A stretch of DNA of 63,965 nt, filler included, from Octopus bimaculoides (Eukaryota), in assembly GCF_001194135.2 (NCBI RefSeq). It is 6 parts of 5 records of this genome, joined end to end, with 100 filler letters (N's around TTAATTAATTAA, not from the genome) between each part and the next. Parts side by side here need not be neighbours in the genome. Positions count along the whole stretch, not along the records: positions 18,048 to 43,462 come from NC_069006.1; 5 more parts are not named here. One strand, 5' to 3'. Each line of letters opens with the position of its first letter. Within the stretch, counting starts at the first letter, position 1. Positions 25,625-36,895 of the stretch are shown piece after piece. A model generated the notes under the pieces. The model saw nothing but the letters and a program-made list of their open reading frames with translations, made no database searches and had not been told where the DNA came from. The position numbers were made by a program, and so were the translations under genes.

Positions 25625-27535
25625 CATAATGTTTGTATGTAATATGATATGTGATGATGTCTTATAATATTTCAGTATAATTGTATTTCACTAATATTTT
25701 AGTGTTTATAAGATTGTGTGTGTGTGTGTGTGTGTGCATCCGTGTATAATAACTATATATTTGTGAAGATAACAAGGTTCTGAGAATATATATTGTATAC
25801 ATACATACATACATACATACATGCTCACATACATACATAAATACTCACATACATACATACATACATACATACATACATACATACACGTGTGTGTGTACTG
25901 CATGGTTTGCAATGAGAACTTAATAACATTCATTTTTTTTCCTCTCTCTCACTCACACACACACACACACACATGTATGTATACATACTTTCATACATGC
26001 GCATATATTTGCACACATACAACAAGGTGTTATCAGCAGACATGAAGGCATAGCAGAGCATTTAAAAATGCTTTTTAATGGCTGCCTAAAGATGCCATCA
26101 AGGTGTTACTTCCCAATGTGACATGATGTTCTCGCTAAAACAATATACAATTAAAAAAAAAAGACTGTCCTGGAATCGATATACAGAATCCTTCTGTTAT
26201 TGAATACGTATACAAATATTCACACAAGGAATACGAGTGGAACATTCCCATCAAACTTCAGTAAAGCACAACAGGCCAGATATTGTTGTTTGGGACAGAC
26301 AAGAAAAGTATGTACTGTCATAGAGGTCGGCTGCCCTGTTGATGTGAATATCTCTTTGGAAATCAAAGAGAAAGAGAACTAAGGATAACTGCTTTGAAAC
26401 CTCCAGCTTCTGTATCCAGATTATAATTCACATTTATACCAATGGTAATTGGTCCTCTTGGGTTTTGTGAGTGAATGCCTAAGGGACAATGTGGATAAGC
26501 TAGGGTTTTCAGAAAAAGAAACCAGCAAGCTAATTAACATATTAGAAATACAATCTGTAAGTGGAACTGTCAAAATGTGCAAGACATTGCTCACGTTTAA
26601 AGTGTGAATTCTTGTTTGTTATCTCCATTGCAATGGTGGAGCTTTGGATGTTTGTTAGAAACCAGTTCCTTGTTCAGAGGAAGGTTTGAAATAATCAAAA
26701 ATACAAGGGAACATGCATACATACCTACACATACCTACACACATACACATTCATACATACATACATCACATACCTACACATACACACATTCATACACACA
26801 TTCATACATACACACACACACACCTGTATACACATACACAAGAGCATGGTGAGGTAGTGATACCGTGTGGTGGTGGTTTGTTGTGAATCTAATTAATCTG
26901 TAATTCAATATATACCAATGTAATAATATGTTGTACATATCTGACATGGTGGTGGTGGTCATTAGTGGAGGGACAGGGTGGAAGGAGTTGTCTGAGGAGT
27001 GACAAATTATTTGTTGACATGAAATGAAATCATTTGCAAAGTGTTGTGGTTGTTTAGCCCTTGGTCGACCCTGGCTGAACAGATCTATGATCAGAGGAGA
27101 CATTCCAGTGGTGACTATCCTGACATTTTTTTTCTATAGGATAACCTGGATAACAGTCTGCAATGTGTCCTTCTCTTTTCAAAGTTGTAAGGTTTAAGTC
27201 AAAGGAGACTTGGCTGCTATTTCTAGCAGGTCAATCTGCCATGTACAAGTATAGTGTTGTTATTGTTGCTACCACCACCACCACCACCACCACCATTACC
27301 ACCAGTTGACATTGGTCGGTTAAGATGATTTCTAGAAGATTTCATTAATTATGACAAAATGCTTAACAGTATTTCTTGCAGCTCCTTATATTCTGAGTTC
27401 AAATCCAGCTGAGGTTGACTTTGCCTTTCAACCTTTTAGGGTCAATAAAGTACCAAATGAGTTCTGGTGGGGGTCAGTGTAATTGATTTGCTCTTCCCCT
27501 CTAAATTGCTGGCCTAGTGTCTGAAATTAGAAACA

Positions 27536-27575
<40 letters not shown>

Positions 27576-30500
27576 GTTATTCCAATGCTATTACATGCTA
27601 ATTTTAATTAGCAGAAATGTTGTCTTGAGGTTTGGTGACAACAAGTCTCTTCAAATCTCAAGAATCTTCTTTTTTAGGATTCTCGCCGAATACACGATTA
27701 TCCTTTTTTACAGGTGGACCACGTGAGTCTCTCTTCCAATATTTTCCCACCTCTTAAGATGCAGTTTGTCTCTTGCGTCAGATGCACCAGTTGCCACTGC
27801 AGTAATTGTTGTCTTAGTTGTCCACAGTTTCTACATCTCGCAGGCTAGGTCCTGATATCTCTTAGTTTTCTTTGATATCCATTCTGTTATCATATGGTAT
27901 TGCAAAATCTGTGACCCTACATTTTTTTATGCCCTCTACTATCATATCTGGCCTTCTATGGAGAAATCCCATAATACCCTAGAATTACTCTTCACCATCA
28001 CAGCCCCTGGCTTGTGTTCATATCACTTCTCTGTCAGAATTCACATGCTTGGCTAATATTCCACCACACCCTTTATAATGACACAGTTATGCCTGTACTC
28101 TTTTCATGCTAGCTTACTGCATTCACTTAGGAGATGAGTAATACTTTCATCTTGTTTTCTTCAGATTATGTGTTTATTCTCTGACTGAGTTTTAAATAAC
28201 AACAACAAATAAAAAACAAGAACAATGACTACAACAGTTAAGAAGCCAATGAAAGTTACTCGACTTGCTTTTCTTTTATTTATATTTCTGGGTTTGTTTG
28301 TAATGGTTACCATGGGAACCAAATTAGACAAATTGTTTTATTGAAATGATTAAAAAAAAAGGGGGGAGGGTGTTCTGAAATGTTATTGTTGTGGTTTCAT
28401 GTGTTGCATATTGTTTTTTTTTTTCTAGAATGACATGAGAGGTTCAGTTTCAAATCTGTCCAATGACAGCAGTGAAAGGGGCAGCCAAGACGAGAATCTG
28501 CATCGTCCACCTTCAATATCAGGTAATGTGATTGATTTCACTGAGGTCAATAGGAAATCTTTACCAGACCAATTCCCTCCTCCCCGCCCCATCCACAGTG
28601 AAGGGACTTTCAAAGAAATTAGCTCAATTTAAAGTCTTCTCTCGATGCACCAACAAGAGAATCTCCCACCCAACCCTCCTCTTCAAGAGACTCCACCTAT
28701 GACCACCCAGTCTGTTTTTTTTTGTTCAAACTACTTTCACTTTTTGTTTTAAGATAGTAGAAAATGGTTTGAAGGAGATTTGACTGCTACTTCTAGCAGA
28801 TTGACTGACCATGCAGTTGTTGGTTCCACATCTCCTGTTTGAAGTGGCTTATACAAAACTGGACATTCCATTGCAGCAGGGGTGTGGGCAGGATGGTCTG
28901 CAATCATTATTTACATAAGAAAAAAACCCCCAACATAAGGTGCAGGTGTGGCTGTGTGGTAAGAAGCTTGTTTTCCAACCACATGGTTCTGGATTCAGTC
29001 CCATGGCTTGGCACCTTGGCCAAGTGTCTTCTACTATAGCCTCAGGCCAACCTATGAGAAGCAGATAAAGGGCTGTGGAGGTTGACGTGATTGACATCAA
29101 TGCTTTGGGTGTTGCAGCATGGCCACACGCCATGAGATTGGTAAAGCAATCTTAAAGAAGAACAGTCAGCAAATAAATGATTCTACAAACTGATGGAAAT
29201 ATTTTGTTGTCTAATTAGGTCTAATTAGGATTAATTAAGCAGACCTCTTCTTGTGTAATTTATTTATTGAAATTGTGTCTCATTAATATGACTTTTTATA
29301 TAACTCATTTAGGTTAATCACCAATCAAGGATGTTGATGATGATGATGATGATGATGATATATCAGGGTCCTTGTGTTGTACTTTAATTCTTCCCTTCTT
29401 TACAAAAAAAGGATCACTTTTATAGCCCTTAAAGGACCAGTTTCCAAACCCTTTGGTCTCTATAACACAATATCACAAGGACAGGACTATTATGGACCAC
29501 TTTCTAATCCTTTGACTCCACAATAACAGAAGTAAAAGCTGCTTTCTAACATCTAACTCCCAACAATAACTAGGAAGGGATTATTTTTCTAATCCCTTCT
29601 CCCCTCCCCCACCCAACACAAGGAAACACATCTTGTTTCTCATCAAAACAATTAAAATTTTATCCAAAAGACCATTGGGTCACTGTTTTCCTGTACCTAA
29701 AGGAAAATGGTGACCCCCATCCCCATCGCCACCACCATCTCAAAAGTATTAAAGTTTTATGTAACAAGAAAAGGGGCCATCACAGGAGACATGAGATCCC
29801 TCCATTTTAGGAATGTCTGAGTAAAATTAGAATCCTTATTTTTCTGAAATTTCAATAATTCATTCTAATTTCCTGATTTCTTTTTATGATTTGGGATGAA
29901 GGGAATCCAAAATGTGTTTTAGGGACCACCACAGACTGCAGACATTACAACCAGATCTATCGGTATTAGCTCTAATTATGTGAAGGGGGTGGGGTGGGGG
30001 ACACATTACATAAACCAGTAACAAGCATTAACAGATTGACCCTCCAAAAATGGTGAAAGGGTCAACTAAGAATTACTTTCTTTGGGGCTCCTCAGCCAGA
30101 TACCAAAGCAGATGGTGTGGGTGAGTTTGCGAGAAATTAAAGAGAATGGCCTCAGGACAGGAGGAATTATAAGGCAAACCCCAGTTCAGCTGCTGGAGTC
30201 CAAATCTCTTGTAATAAACCCTAATCCCTGTTTACTTTGATTAACTCCTAACAGTGATACTTATGAGTGGGGGCCACATATGGGCATTTTAAGAAAATTG
30301 GACCCATGATCAATGTGACACCTGCCTGGTAACCTTGGTTTTTGTTTATCCCCATGTCACCTCTGATTAAAAGGTATTCCAGCTTTGATGACCATCTAAT
30401 GATGACCATCCCAACTTTATAGGTGTACTTAAGACTTCATTATCCAATATGTCCTTCCTGTGATTTGAGGGGAGATTTTGTTGCTATTTCTAGTATTTTC

Positions 30501-31145
30501 TTGTTGGTTATCGTGGACATGTGCAGTAGGAGGAGTGGGGCCTGAATTGGTTGAACATGGTATGGGACAGAGGTGGACTTGTGCAGTTGGAGGGCCTGAA
30601 ATGGTTAATAAATGGTAACACAACTAGCAGTGATTTGTTCTTTACAGAATATTTGTCTGAGAAAGCACCACCACGTATGGGTAACTTAGCAATGAGGGCA
30701 TCGCGGTTCTTTGAAAACCTCAACTGGCGGAGATACCCCAAAAAAGATGCAGATTTGAAGCTAAGCAGGTTCTCATTGAATTCTTTGCCAAGGAAAAAGA
30801 ACTCCACCCCTGACACATCCCCTGATATTCCCAAGTCCGAAAAATTGGTTTCCTTATTGGAACAGAGCTGGCAGGAAGATACTAACATCTTGTGTAAAAG
30901 TAAGTATTTCTGCCTGGAATTTTGTGTAACAGCATGCGGGACTGCTTCCAGAAATGGAATGGGAAGGGATGGTCCCCTTGTTCTGAAGAACAGCTAACTA
31001 AGCCCTGTAGAAGAGTAAGTCTGGGCTATGTTGGCCATCCCTCTCAACATCCTCCTCCATGTTGTTCAATAAATTTGTCTTTTTTGCATGGCACTCATCA
31101 GAAATAGTTTTTATTACACAACTGTAAATCCAGCACAAGACATGG

Positions 31146-31195
<50 letters not shown>

Positions 31196-32235
31196 AACAG
31201 TTAAGTGTGACTCGCAAAATCACCTCCAAAAAGTTTGAAAATTAATAATAATAGTTACAAATTTTGCCACAAGGGCAGCAATTTTGGGGCAGGGGCTGAA
31301 TTACATCGACCCCAGTGTTTCACTGGTACTTAATTTATCAACCCTGAAAGAATGAGCAGCAAAGTCGACCTTGCCAGAATTTGAACTCAGAATGTAGTGA
31401 CAAGTGAAGTACCACTAAGCATTTCATTCAGCATGCTTACAATTCTGCCAGCTCTCCGCCTTATAATAATAATAATAATCCTTTCTACTATAGGCACAAG
31501 GCCTGAAATTTGGGGCGACGGGGCCAGTCGATTAGATCGACCCCTGTACGCAACTGGTACTTAATTTATCGACCCCTGAAAGGATGAAAGGTAAATTTGA
31601 CCTTGGCAGAATTTGAACTTTCTTGTTAATGATAATAATACTGATTTCAAATTTTGGCACAAGGCCTGCAATTTTGGTGGAGGGGGAAACTTGATTGCAT
31701 CAACCGCAGTACAGCCTTTCTTTGTGCACCTGCTCTTTTGTACACCCTGTCTCACACACACACACACACACACACAGACTCTCTCTGTCTGTCTGTCTCT
31801 TGTTTTTTTATCTCTCAGCACACCTGTTCCCTTGTCACCCATGCATGTTAACATTACTGGACCAGCAGACCATGCTCAGCCCATCCCTTTTCAGCTTTTA
31901 CACACCTTTCACAGTCGACACCCATGTCTTTGTCACCATTTCACATTTGCACTTTGTCCACAAATATTAATATAATCCACCTCCCCTCATTTAAAACGCG
32001 CAACAACCCCTTGCTCTCAGCAAAAATAACAAGCTCCCTAAACAAGTTCCACCCTGCCCTTAAGCTATTTATTAAGCTCTTTTGCCCTCCACCTGCCCCT
32101 GCACTACCTGCTCTGCTGCTAATTAAACTCACCTCACTAACAGAAGCTATTAACTACTTCTGAACAATTAACGATCTTTGTTTATTAGTTGTTCCTCTTC
32201 TTAATTACTAATTTTTCCTCCATTTCTGCTCTCTT

Positions 32236-32277
<42 letters not shown>

Positions 32278-33950
32278 GTCCCTATCCTCTGTCAGCATGC
32301 CTGAGGGTCCACTGCACTTACCAAGGAGACACTGAGTACAAAGGTTAGAGTCCTTACAGCAAGCATGATCCCTTTCCTGTTGCTAACAGGGTCCTCTTTA
32401 TTTTGGTCTATGTTAAATTGTCTTACATACAGTTTTAATGTCTGAATAAAACAGGATGGTCACATCTGGAAGGTCTTTGATCATAGATCTCTGTATTTCA
32501 CCACCCTGAACCTATCGTATCTATTTCACTAACTGTTGTTGTTTAATCCTTGGTCAGCCTTCATTAAGCAGACCTTTGTCCAAAATCATTCCAGACGTGA
32601 CCACCCTGCCATCTAAGATTATGTTATATGTTTTTGTTGTTGTTTAGCTCTATGTCAAATCCAATGAAGCAAATCTACGACCAAAAAGCTTTCTAGCCTT
32701 GACCAACCTGTCATTTGGTATATTAGGGGTTGCGTTCTCTAATCTGTCCTTCCTTTTCCAGATAATAAGGTAGTATTTGAGGATCATTTGGCTGCTCTTT
32801 TCAGCTGCTGTTGTTCTTGTTATTCCTGTTGCTGTCCTCAATGTTGCCGTTGTTGTTGTCATTATTCTTCTTCTTCTTAATCTTACTGTTAAAAATCCTT
32901 TAAATAATAACCGATTCTGGTCCCTCCTCCAGGTTACCTCAACATCTACAGCAGTTTCAACAAACGACGGTGGGGCAAGCGTTGGTGCCTGGTGAAGATG
33001 GGCGAGTTTGAGTGTTACATGAACCAGAAAAATAACGTCTGTGAGTTGAGTTTCCCGCTCAAGGATTGCGTTGTACGTTCGGCCAAGACAGAAACAAAGA
33101 GTGACCTCGGTTTAATGATTCTGAAAGATAACGTTGAGAAAATCACAGTTGAGGTGAGCAAAAGGGGTTTCATTCCAATCTGGGGTCTCTCAAACACTTA
33201 TTGTTTTTTTTGCCTTCTTTAACTTACTTCAGTCATTAGACTGTGGCCATGCTGGGGCAATGCCTTGAAGAATTCTTAGTTGAATGAATTGACCCCAGGA
33301 CTTACTGTGTTTATTTTTTAAAGCCTGATGAATATTCAGTCTCTTTTGCTAAACAGTAAAGATACGGGGATGTAAATATACCAACACCGGTTTTCATGTA
33401 ATGGTGGGGGACAAACATGGACACAAAAACACATACGCTCACACACAGACACACAGACACAGACACACACACACAAAGGACAGACTTCTCCCTGCATGAG
33501 GCTTTGGTCGGCCTGACACTATAGTAGAAGGTGCCATGCAGGGGGACTGAACCTTGAATCCATGTGATTGGGAAGCAAGCTTCTTACCACATGCCCATTC
33601 CTGTGACTTTTTTAAGATTCTTTGTTTTTATGTCTTCTGTATTTGGATGGGGGTGGGCAGAAATGGGTTGTGTTGCTGTAAAAATGTGGGTGAAGTAAGG
33701 GGTGGGGGAGTGCATGTTTGCTTTTATGTCAACTGTTTTCTGTTTTTTTGTTTGTTTTGTTGGCAGCCCCTAAATGAAGATGAGATGCAGAATTGGTTGG
33801 CAGTGCTGATGGCTGAGACTTCTACAGAGGACGTTCCAGAAGGTTTGGAACAATACTTTGAAGAGACACCATATTCCGATATCCCTGTAGTCAGACAGCT
33901 CAGCATGAAGTGTCCCAAGAATGCTAAACAAGTGAGTCTGTCTGTCTGTA

Positions 33951-34006
<56 letters not shown>

Positions 34007-36520
34007 TTGTTTCTGAAATTCATTTGGAATTCCTGATGTTAAATAAATAATCATCCAAAATCCCTGAGTACCTCCTTTTTCTTAACACAGTAATCCTCAA
34101 CTATCATGGCTGTTACATTCCAAAACCTCCCACAGAAATAATTGAAATCTAAAAAAATATAAATGAAGTAACCAAAGAAAAAATTTAGGAATTTAATGTC
34201 ATATTAAGAAAGATTGGATTATATTAAATGTATTTTAAATTTCAAATTCTCTTTGAACAATATGTTTATGTTTTACTGAAGTCCTTGAACCAGGAAAATA
34301 TGTATAGCTTTTTTTTTTTTTTTGTAGAATCTAATTCTATTTGAAATTTGCTCAACTTAGTTGGAAAAATATTTTGGAAAATTAAAATATTAATTTTATT
34401 TAAATTTCCTACATGTATTTCAGACACCTGATGTGATTGACGGATCTGGACAAACTGAGAAAGACGGTGAAAATGTAGTTGATGATGTAGCGTCAACATT
34501 GTCAGATCAAGTTGTCAAAGTTTCTGATGGAAGCTTCACAAATCTGAAAGACGAGCAGCTGCTGAGAGTTAAACAAGAAATGTATGACGCAACAGAAGTT
34601 AACGAGGAGATAGAAGAATCTAGTAACGAAGTACTGCTGTGGGACGTGAACAAAAGGAACTCGTTGGGTAATTTGTACAGTCAAGTGGAGTACAAGGACA
34701 GCCTTGCAGGGTTCTCCGGCAGTGGGACAGATTTTGGTAGTGTCAGTATTTCTGATGATCTCTCAATGAAGTCGGGTTCTGTTGACTTCAGTTTAAAGAG
34801 GAGTTTCTCAGAGAAACGCTATAAAGGCATCAACAGTCTGACCACCTCGTGCAGTGAGCTGAACAGCACTTGCACTCGGACCTCATCGCATGGCAACCTG
34901 GACAAACTCTCAGCTGCTGATTCAAATGACACTTTCAATGACTTCTTTTATTCTTGGAACAATCAGCGTCGGAGCAGCGAACTGCTGTCCGAGCTGGACA
35001 TCGAGACGTTGATGCGGTCTTGGGATGTGAAGACTAAAATCTTGATGATTGAGGAGAAGAACCAACAAAACAAAGAATATTCCAAGACAGACTTTGCACA
35101 GAATGGTAACACATGTCACTCGACATCAAACAAGAAACCATTCCCTGTCAGTCCGATCTCTTCCGTCTCCAACAATGACTGTGACACACCCGCCTTTTGT
35201 TCACGGACGAAAAGCTTAAACAGTGCCCGGATGGCTCGCAATAAAGCAACACCAAATGGTTTGTCAAAAGGTAAGACAGGTGTTTCATTATCTCTCTCTC
35301 CTTCCAAGAACAATAGCATTTCCTGTTTCTGTTGCATATTTCTGAAAGACACTTCCTCAGGGTTCCTAGAACCTACAACACCATGTTTTCATAGGAAACT
35401 TAACCATGTGACCAAGTCTTCCCCCCCCCCCCTCACTCCCCCCTATTCTTGAGAGAATTCTTTATGTTTTGAATTTTGTCTCTTTGTATTTCTTTCCAGC
35501 AGCAGCAGCACCGTTTCGGAAATCGACTGGCCACGTGGACCGTCCAGCAGAAATCCTCCAGACTAAGTTGGACGAGATGAGATCTAAACTGGTCAGTTTG
35601 AAACAAAACAGGTCAGTTGAACAATTGGGACCCAGGAATTCAATGTGGTTTGGAAGGGGATTTTTTTTTTTTTTTGAGGAATGGTTTGGGAAGTGTAATT
35701 AGGATGATGGGAAATCTACAGGAATCTGGTTCCAGGACACTTTGCAGGATTATGGATTATCATTGAATAGGTTTTGTATCCAACCAATGACTCTGCTCAG
35801 AAACTAGGGTGAGTCCTGTTACTTGTATAATTCTGGAGTGTCAGCTCAGGCTGTTTGGCCATGCTGCTCGGTCTTCTGAGTCAGTCCCTGCTTACTGTGT
35901 TCTCTTCACTGGGGATCCGGCTGGGTTGGCGGCTCACATGGGTCTACCACATGCTACATGGTCACAGCAGATGAAGTGGTATCTTGCAGAGATGGGGACT
36001 AAGTGGGGTTCTACTCAGTGGGGTCACCCAGGCAGACCCAGGAATAGCCTGACAAATGTGAATGTAGCAACATGCCCCAACACCTGACCTGTGTGTGACA
36101 GAGGGGCAAGTGAACCCTAAAGTTACCAGTTCGTAAGAATATGGTGAGGCCAGTTAGAATAAAGAGGAGGATGATGATGGGGGCTGAGATAGCAGGGGAT
36201 TCAGTCATAAAATCCTGCCTTTGAATACTTCTCAAAGAAAGAAATGGACGTTAAGTAGATGAATTTTATTGCGAAATATAGAAAATTAAAAATAACGAAT
36301 TGTAAAATGAATTTTTCTTTATTTCAGAATTGCAGCACGAGACAAGAAACTGCGAGCGAGTGATAGCAACGAGCGATTAGAGTATGAAGAGGAATACAAC
36401 CGACTTGATAGTGAATGTCGTGTGACGGATGAAGAAATAAGTAAACTGGAGAAGATGCTGAAGAGAGAAGAAGTGGATGAGGAGGATGAAGCATCAAGAT
36501 TTTCTGTGTCAGAAGCCTAA
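18289..36520 (+). CDS. AFAP1: AFAP1/AFAP1L-like adaptor (PH1-PH2-coiled coil), 5'-truncated gene model
   Basis: Exons 18289-18370, 18682-19036, 28429-28522, 30648-30899, 32933-33153, 33767-33931, 34424-35270, 35500-35611 and 36328-36520 all have AG/GT boundaries and compatible phases (~772 codons). PH2 YLNIY...RWGKRWCLVK...EDEMQNWLAVLMAETS resembles AFAP1 GYLNVL...RWRERWCRVK...EDMGRWIGILLAETG. Confidence 0.8.
18682..19036 (+). CDS. AFAP1-like PH domain 1 exon
   Basis: ISGELYLKKKLTWSKRFVVISAGRLMCYKSEQDLRPCVVVNLAGYSV...WALIWTE, ending GAG|gtaagt. Confidence 0.92.
19270..19335 (-). mobile_element. piggyBac-type MITE terminus
   Basis: ...atatgactggtttaaaggctgaaagggttaa reads TTAA-CCCTTT on the minus strand. 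Confidence 0.4.
21241..21273 (+). CDS. Candidate 33-nt symmetric exon of the AFAP1-like gene
   Basis: A long polypyrimidine tract ending ttatcag, then 33 nt, then CAG|gtaaaa. It is open in all three phases. Confidence 0.35.
21790..21872. repeat. 21-bp tandem repeat (~4 copies)
   Basis: (ccaccctttttccagcaccat)n. Confidence 0.9.
22001..22145 (+). mobile_element. SINE family A (CpG-decayed)
   Basis: gtggttgtgtggtaagaagcttg...gaccaaagccttatgagtggatttggtagacggaaactgaaagaagcc. Confidence 0.8.
22290..22460 (+). mobile_element. RTE-tail SINE
   Basis: Reverse complement of the 17750-17947 element. Confidence 0.7.
22490..22650 (-). mobile_element. SINE family A (CpG-decayed)
   Basis: gggcttctttcagtttccatctaccaaatccacttacaagg...gacacttgcccaagg. 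Confidence 0.8.
23030..23330 (+). mobile_element. SINE-like element (another family)
   Basis: tRNA-like head gtagttagggtgttgcac...ttgagcaaaacacttcat. A related head lies at 55290-55410. Confidence 0.5.
24880..25070. repeat. Degenerate AT-rich minisatellite (~20/40-bp unit)
   Basis: Recurrent tgctaattcttgtatgtgataatgataatttctgtatgagataatgttaa. Confidence 0.7.
26200..26600 (+). mobile_element. Dong/R4-like LINE REL-endonuclease fragment
   Basis: HNRPDIVVWDRQE / KVCTVIEVGCPVDVNISLEIKEKEN, a PD..(D/E)..K-type motif. Confidence 0.75.
27355..27540 (+). mobile_element. SINE family C
   Basis: ttctgagttcaaatccagctgaggttgactttgcctttca...aaagtacc. Copies also lie at 31240-31620, 36760-36895, 41580-41760 and 52545-52660. 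Confidence 0.7.
27630..28160 (-). mobile_element. Dong/R4-like LINE 3' fragment
   Basis: The minus strand gives DFAIPYDNRMDIK and ETHVVHL.KRIIVYSARILKKKILEI*, typical of the REL-domain C-terminus. Confidence 0.75.
28429..28522 (+). CDS. AFAP1-like exon (NDMRGSVSNLSNDSSERGSQDENLHRPPSIS)
   Basis: ttttctag acceptor and G|gtaatg donor, phase 0 to 1. Confidence 0.75.
28945..29050 (+). mobile_element. SINE family A (partial)
   Basis: gtggctgtgtggtaagaagcttg...gcaccttggccaagtgtcttctactatagcc. Confidence 0.75.
30648..30899 (+). CDS. AFAP1-like inter-PH exon
   Basis: tttacag acceptor and A|gtaagt donor. It encodes EYLSEKAPPRMGNLAMRASRFFENLNWRRYPKK...NILCK, phase 1 to 1. Confidence 0.85.
31240..31620 (-). 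mobile_element. Two tandem SINE family C copies
   Basis: Duplicated ctggtacttaatttatc(a/g)accc(c)tgaaag...gaccttg(c/g)cagaatttgaact. Confidence 0.75.
32933..33153 (+). CDS. AFAP1-like PH domain 2, exon a
   Basis: ctcctccag acceptor. It encodes YLNIYSSFNKRRWGKRWCLVKMGEFECY...KITVE and ends GAG|gtgagc. Confidence 0.9.
33225..33420 (-). mobile_element. SINE family B
   Basis: cagtcattagactgtggccatgctggggca...tgtaaatataccaacaccggtt. Confidence 0.65.
33470..33600 (-). mobile_element. SINE family A (degenerate)
   Basis: ggctttggtcggcctgacactatagtagaag...ggactgaacc...caagcttcttaccac. Confidence 0.65.
33767..33931 (+). CDS. AFAP1-like PH domain 2, exon b
   Basis: ttggcag acceptor. It encodes PLNEDEMQNWLAVLMAETSTEDVPEGLEQYFEETPYSDIPV...KNAKQ and ends CAA|gtgagt. 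Confidence 0.9.
34424..35270 (+). CDS. AFAP1-like large Ser/acidic-rich exon
   Basis: atttcag acceptor, an 847-nt open frame and an AAAG|gtaaga donor, phase 0 to 1. Confidence 0.85.
35500..35611 (+). CDS. AFAP1-like coiled-coil exon a
   Basis: ttccag acceptor with tandem CAGs. It encodes AAAAPFRKSTGHVDRPAEILQTKLDEMRSKLVSLKQN-R and ends AG|gtcagt. Confidence 0.85.
35806..36120 (+). mobile_element. RTE-clade LINE ORF C-terminal remnant
   Basis: VTCIILECQLRLFGHAAR...GLPHATWSQQM resembles the RTE tail motif (RQLRL.GHVAR...RGRP..TW). Confidence 0.7.
36328..36520 (+). CDS. AFAP1-like coiled-coil exon b, with stop codon
   Basis: atttcag acceptor. It encodes IAARDKKLRASDSNERLEYEEEYNRLDSECRVTDEEISKLEKMLKREE...SEA*, with heptad-like periodicity. 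Confidence 0.85.
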
Positions 36521-36759
36521 TATGGAGGATGTTTTATTCCTAAATTTGGTGAGTAATGGTTGCCCAATCCTTCCTCCCATCAACACTGAGACATTTCTTT
36601 ATTTGATCAACTGAAGTTTCTTAAATTAATGTAGAAATGGCTGAGTACTCCACGGACACTTGTAACCATGACAAAGCTGGACCATTCAATTACTGGTGCC
36701 TTCTATTTGATGGGCTTCTGCACACTGAACAAAACGCTTAGTGGTCTTTTGTTTGTCTT

Positions 36760-36895
36760 CACACTCTGGGTTCAAATACTGCTGCAACTGACTTTGCCTT
36801 TCATCTTTTCAGGGTCAGTAAAATAAGTACCAGTTGCGCACTGTGGTTGATGCAATCGACTTGGTCCCCACCCCTCCCCCAAATTTCGGATTATT
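36760..36895 (+). mobile_element. SINE family C
   Basis: ctgggttcaaat...gactttgcctttcatc...aaataagtaccagttgcgcactg. Confidence 0.7.

Noticed and set aside
27714-27722. Apparent 9-nt microexon (ttttacag-GTGGACCAC-gtgagt) in the AFAP-like intron
   Set aside because: It lies wholly inside the antisense strand of a Dong/R4 LINE ORF remnant, so the signals are explained by TE sequence. Exonisation cannot be supported without reads.
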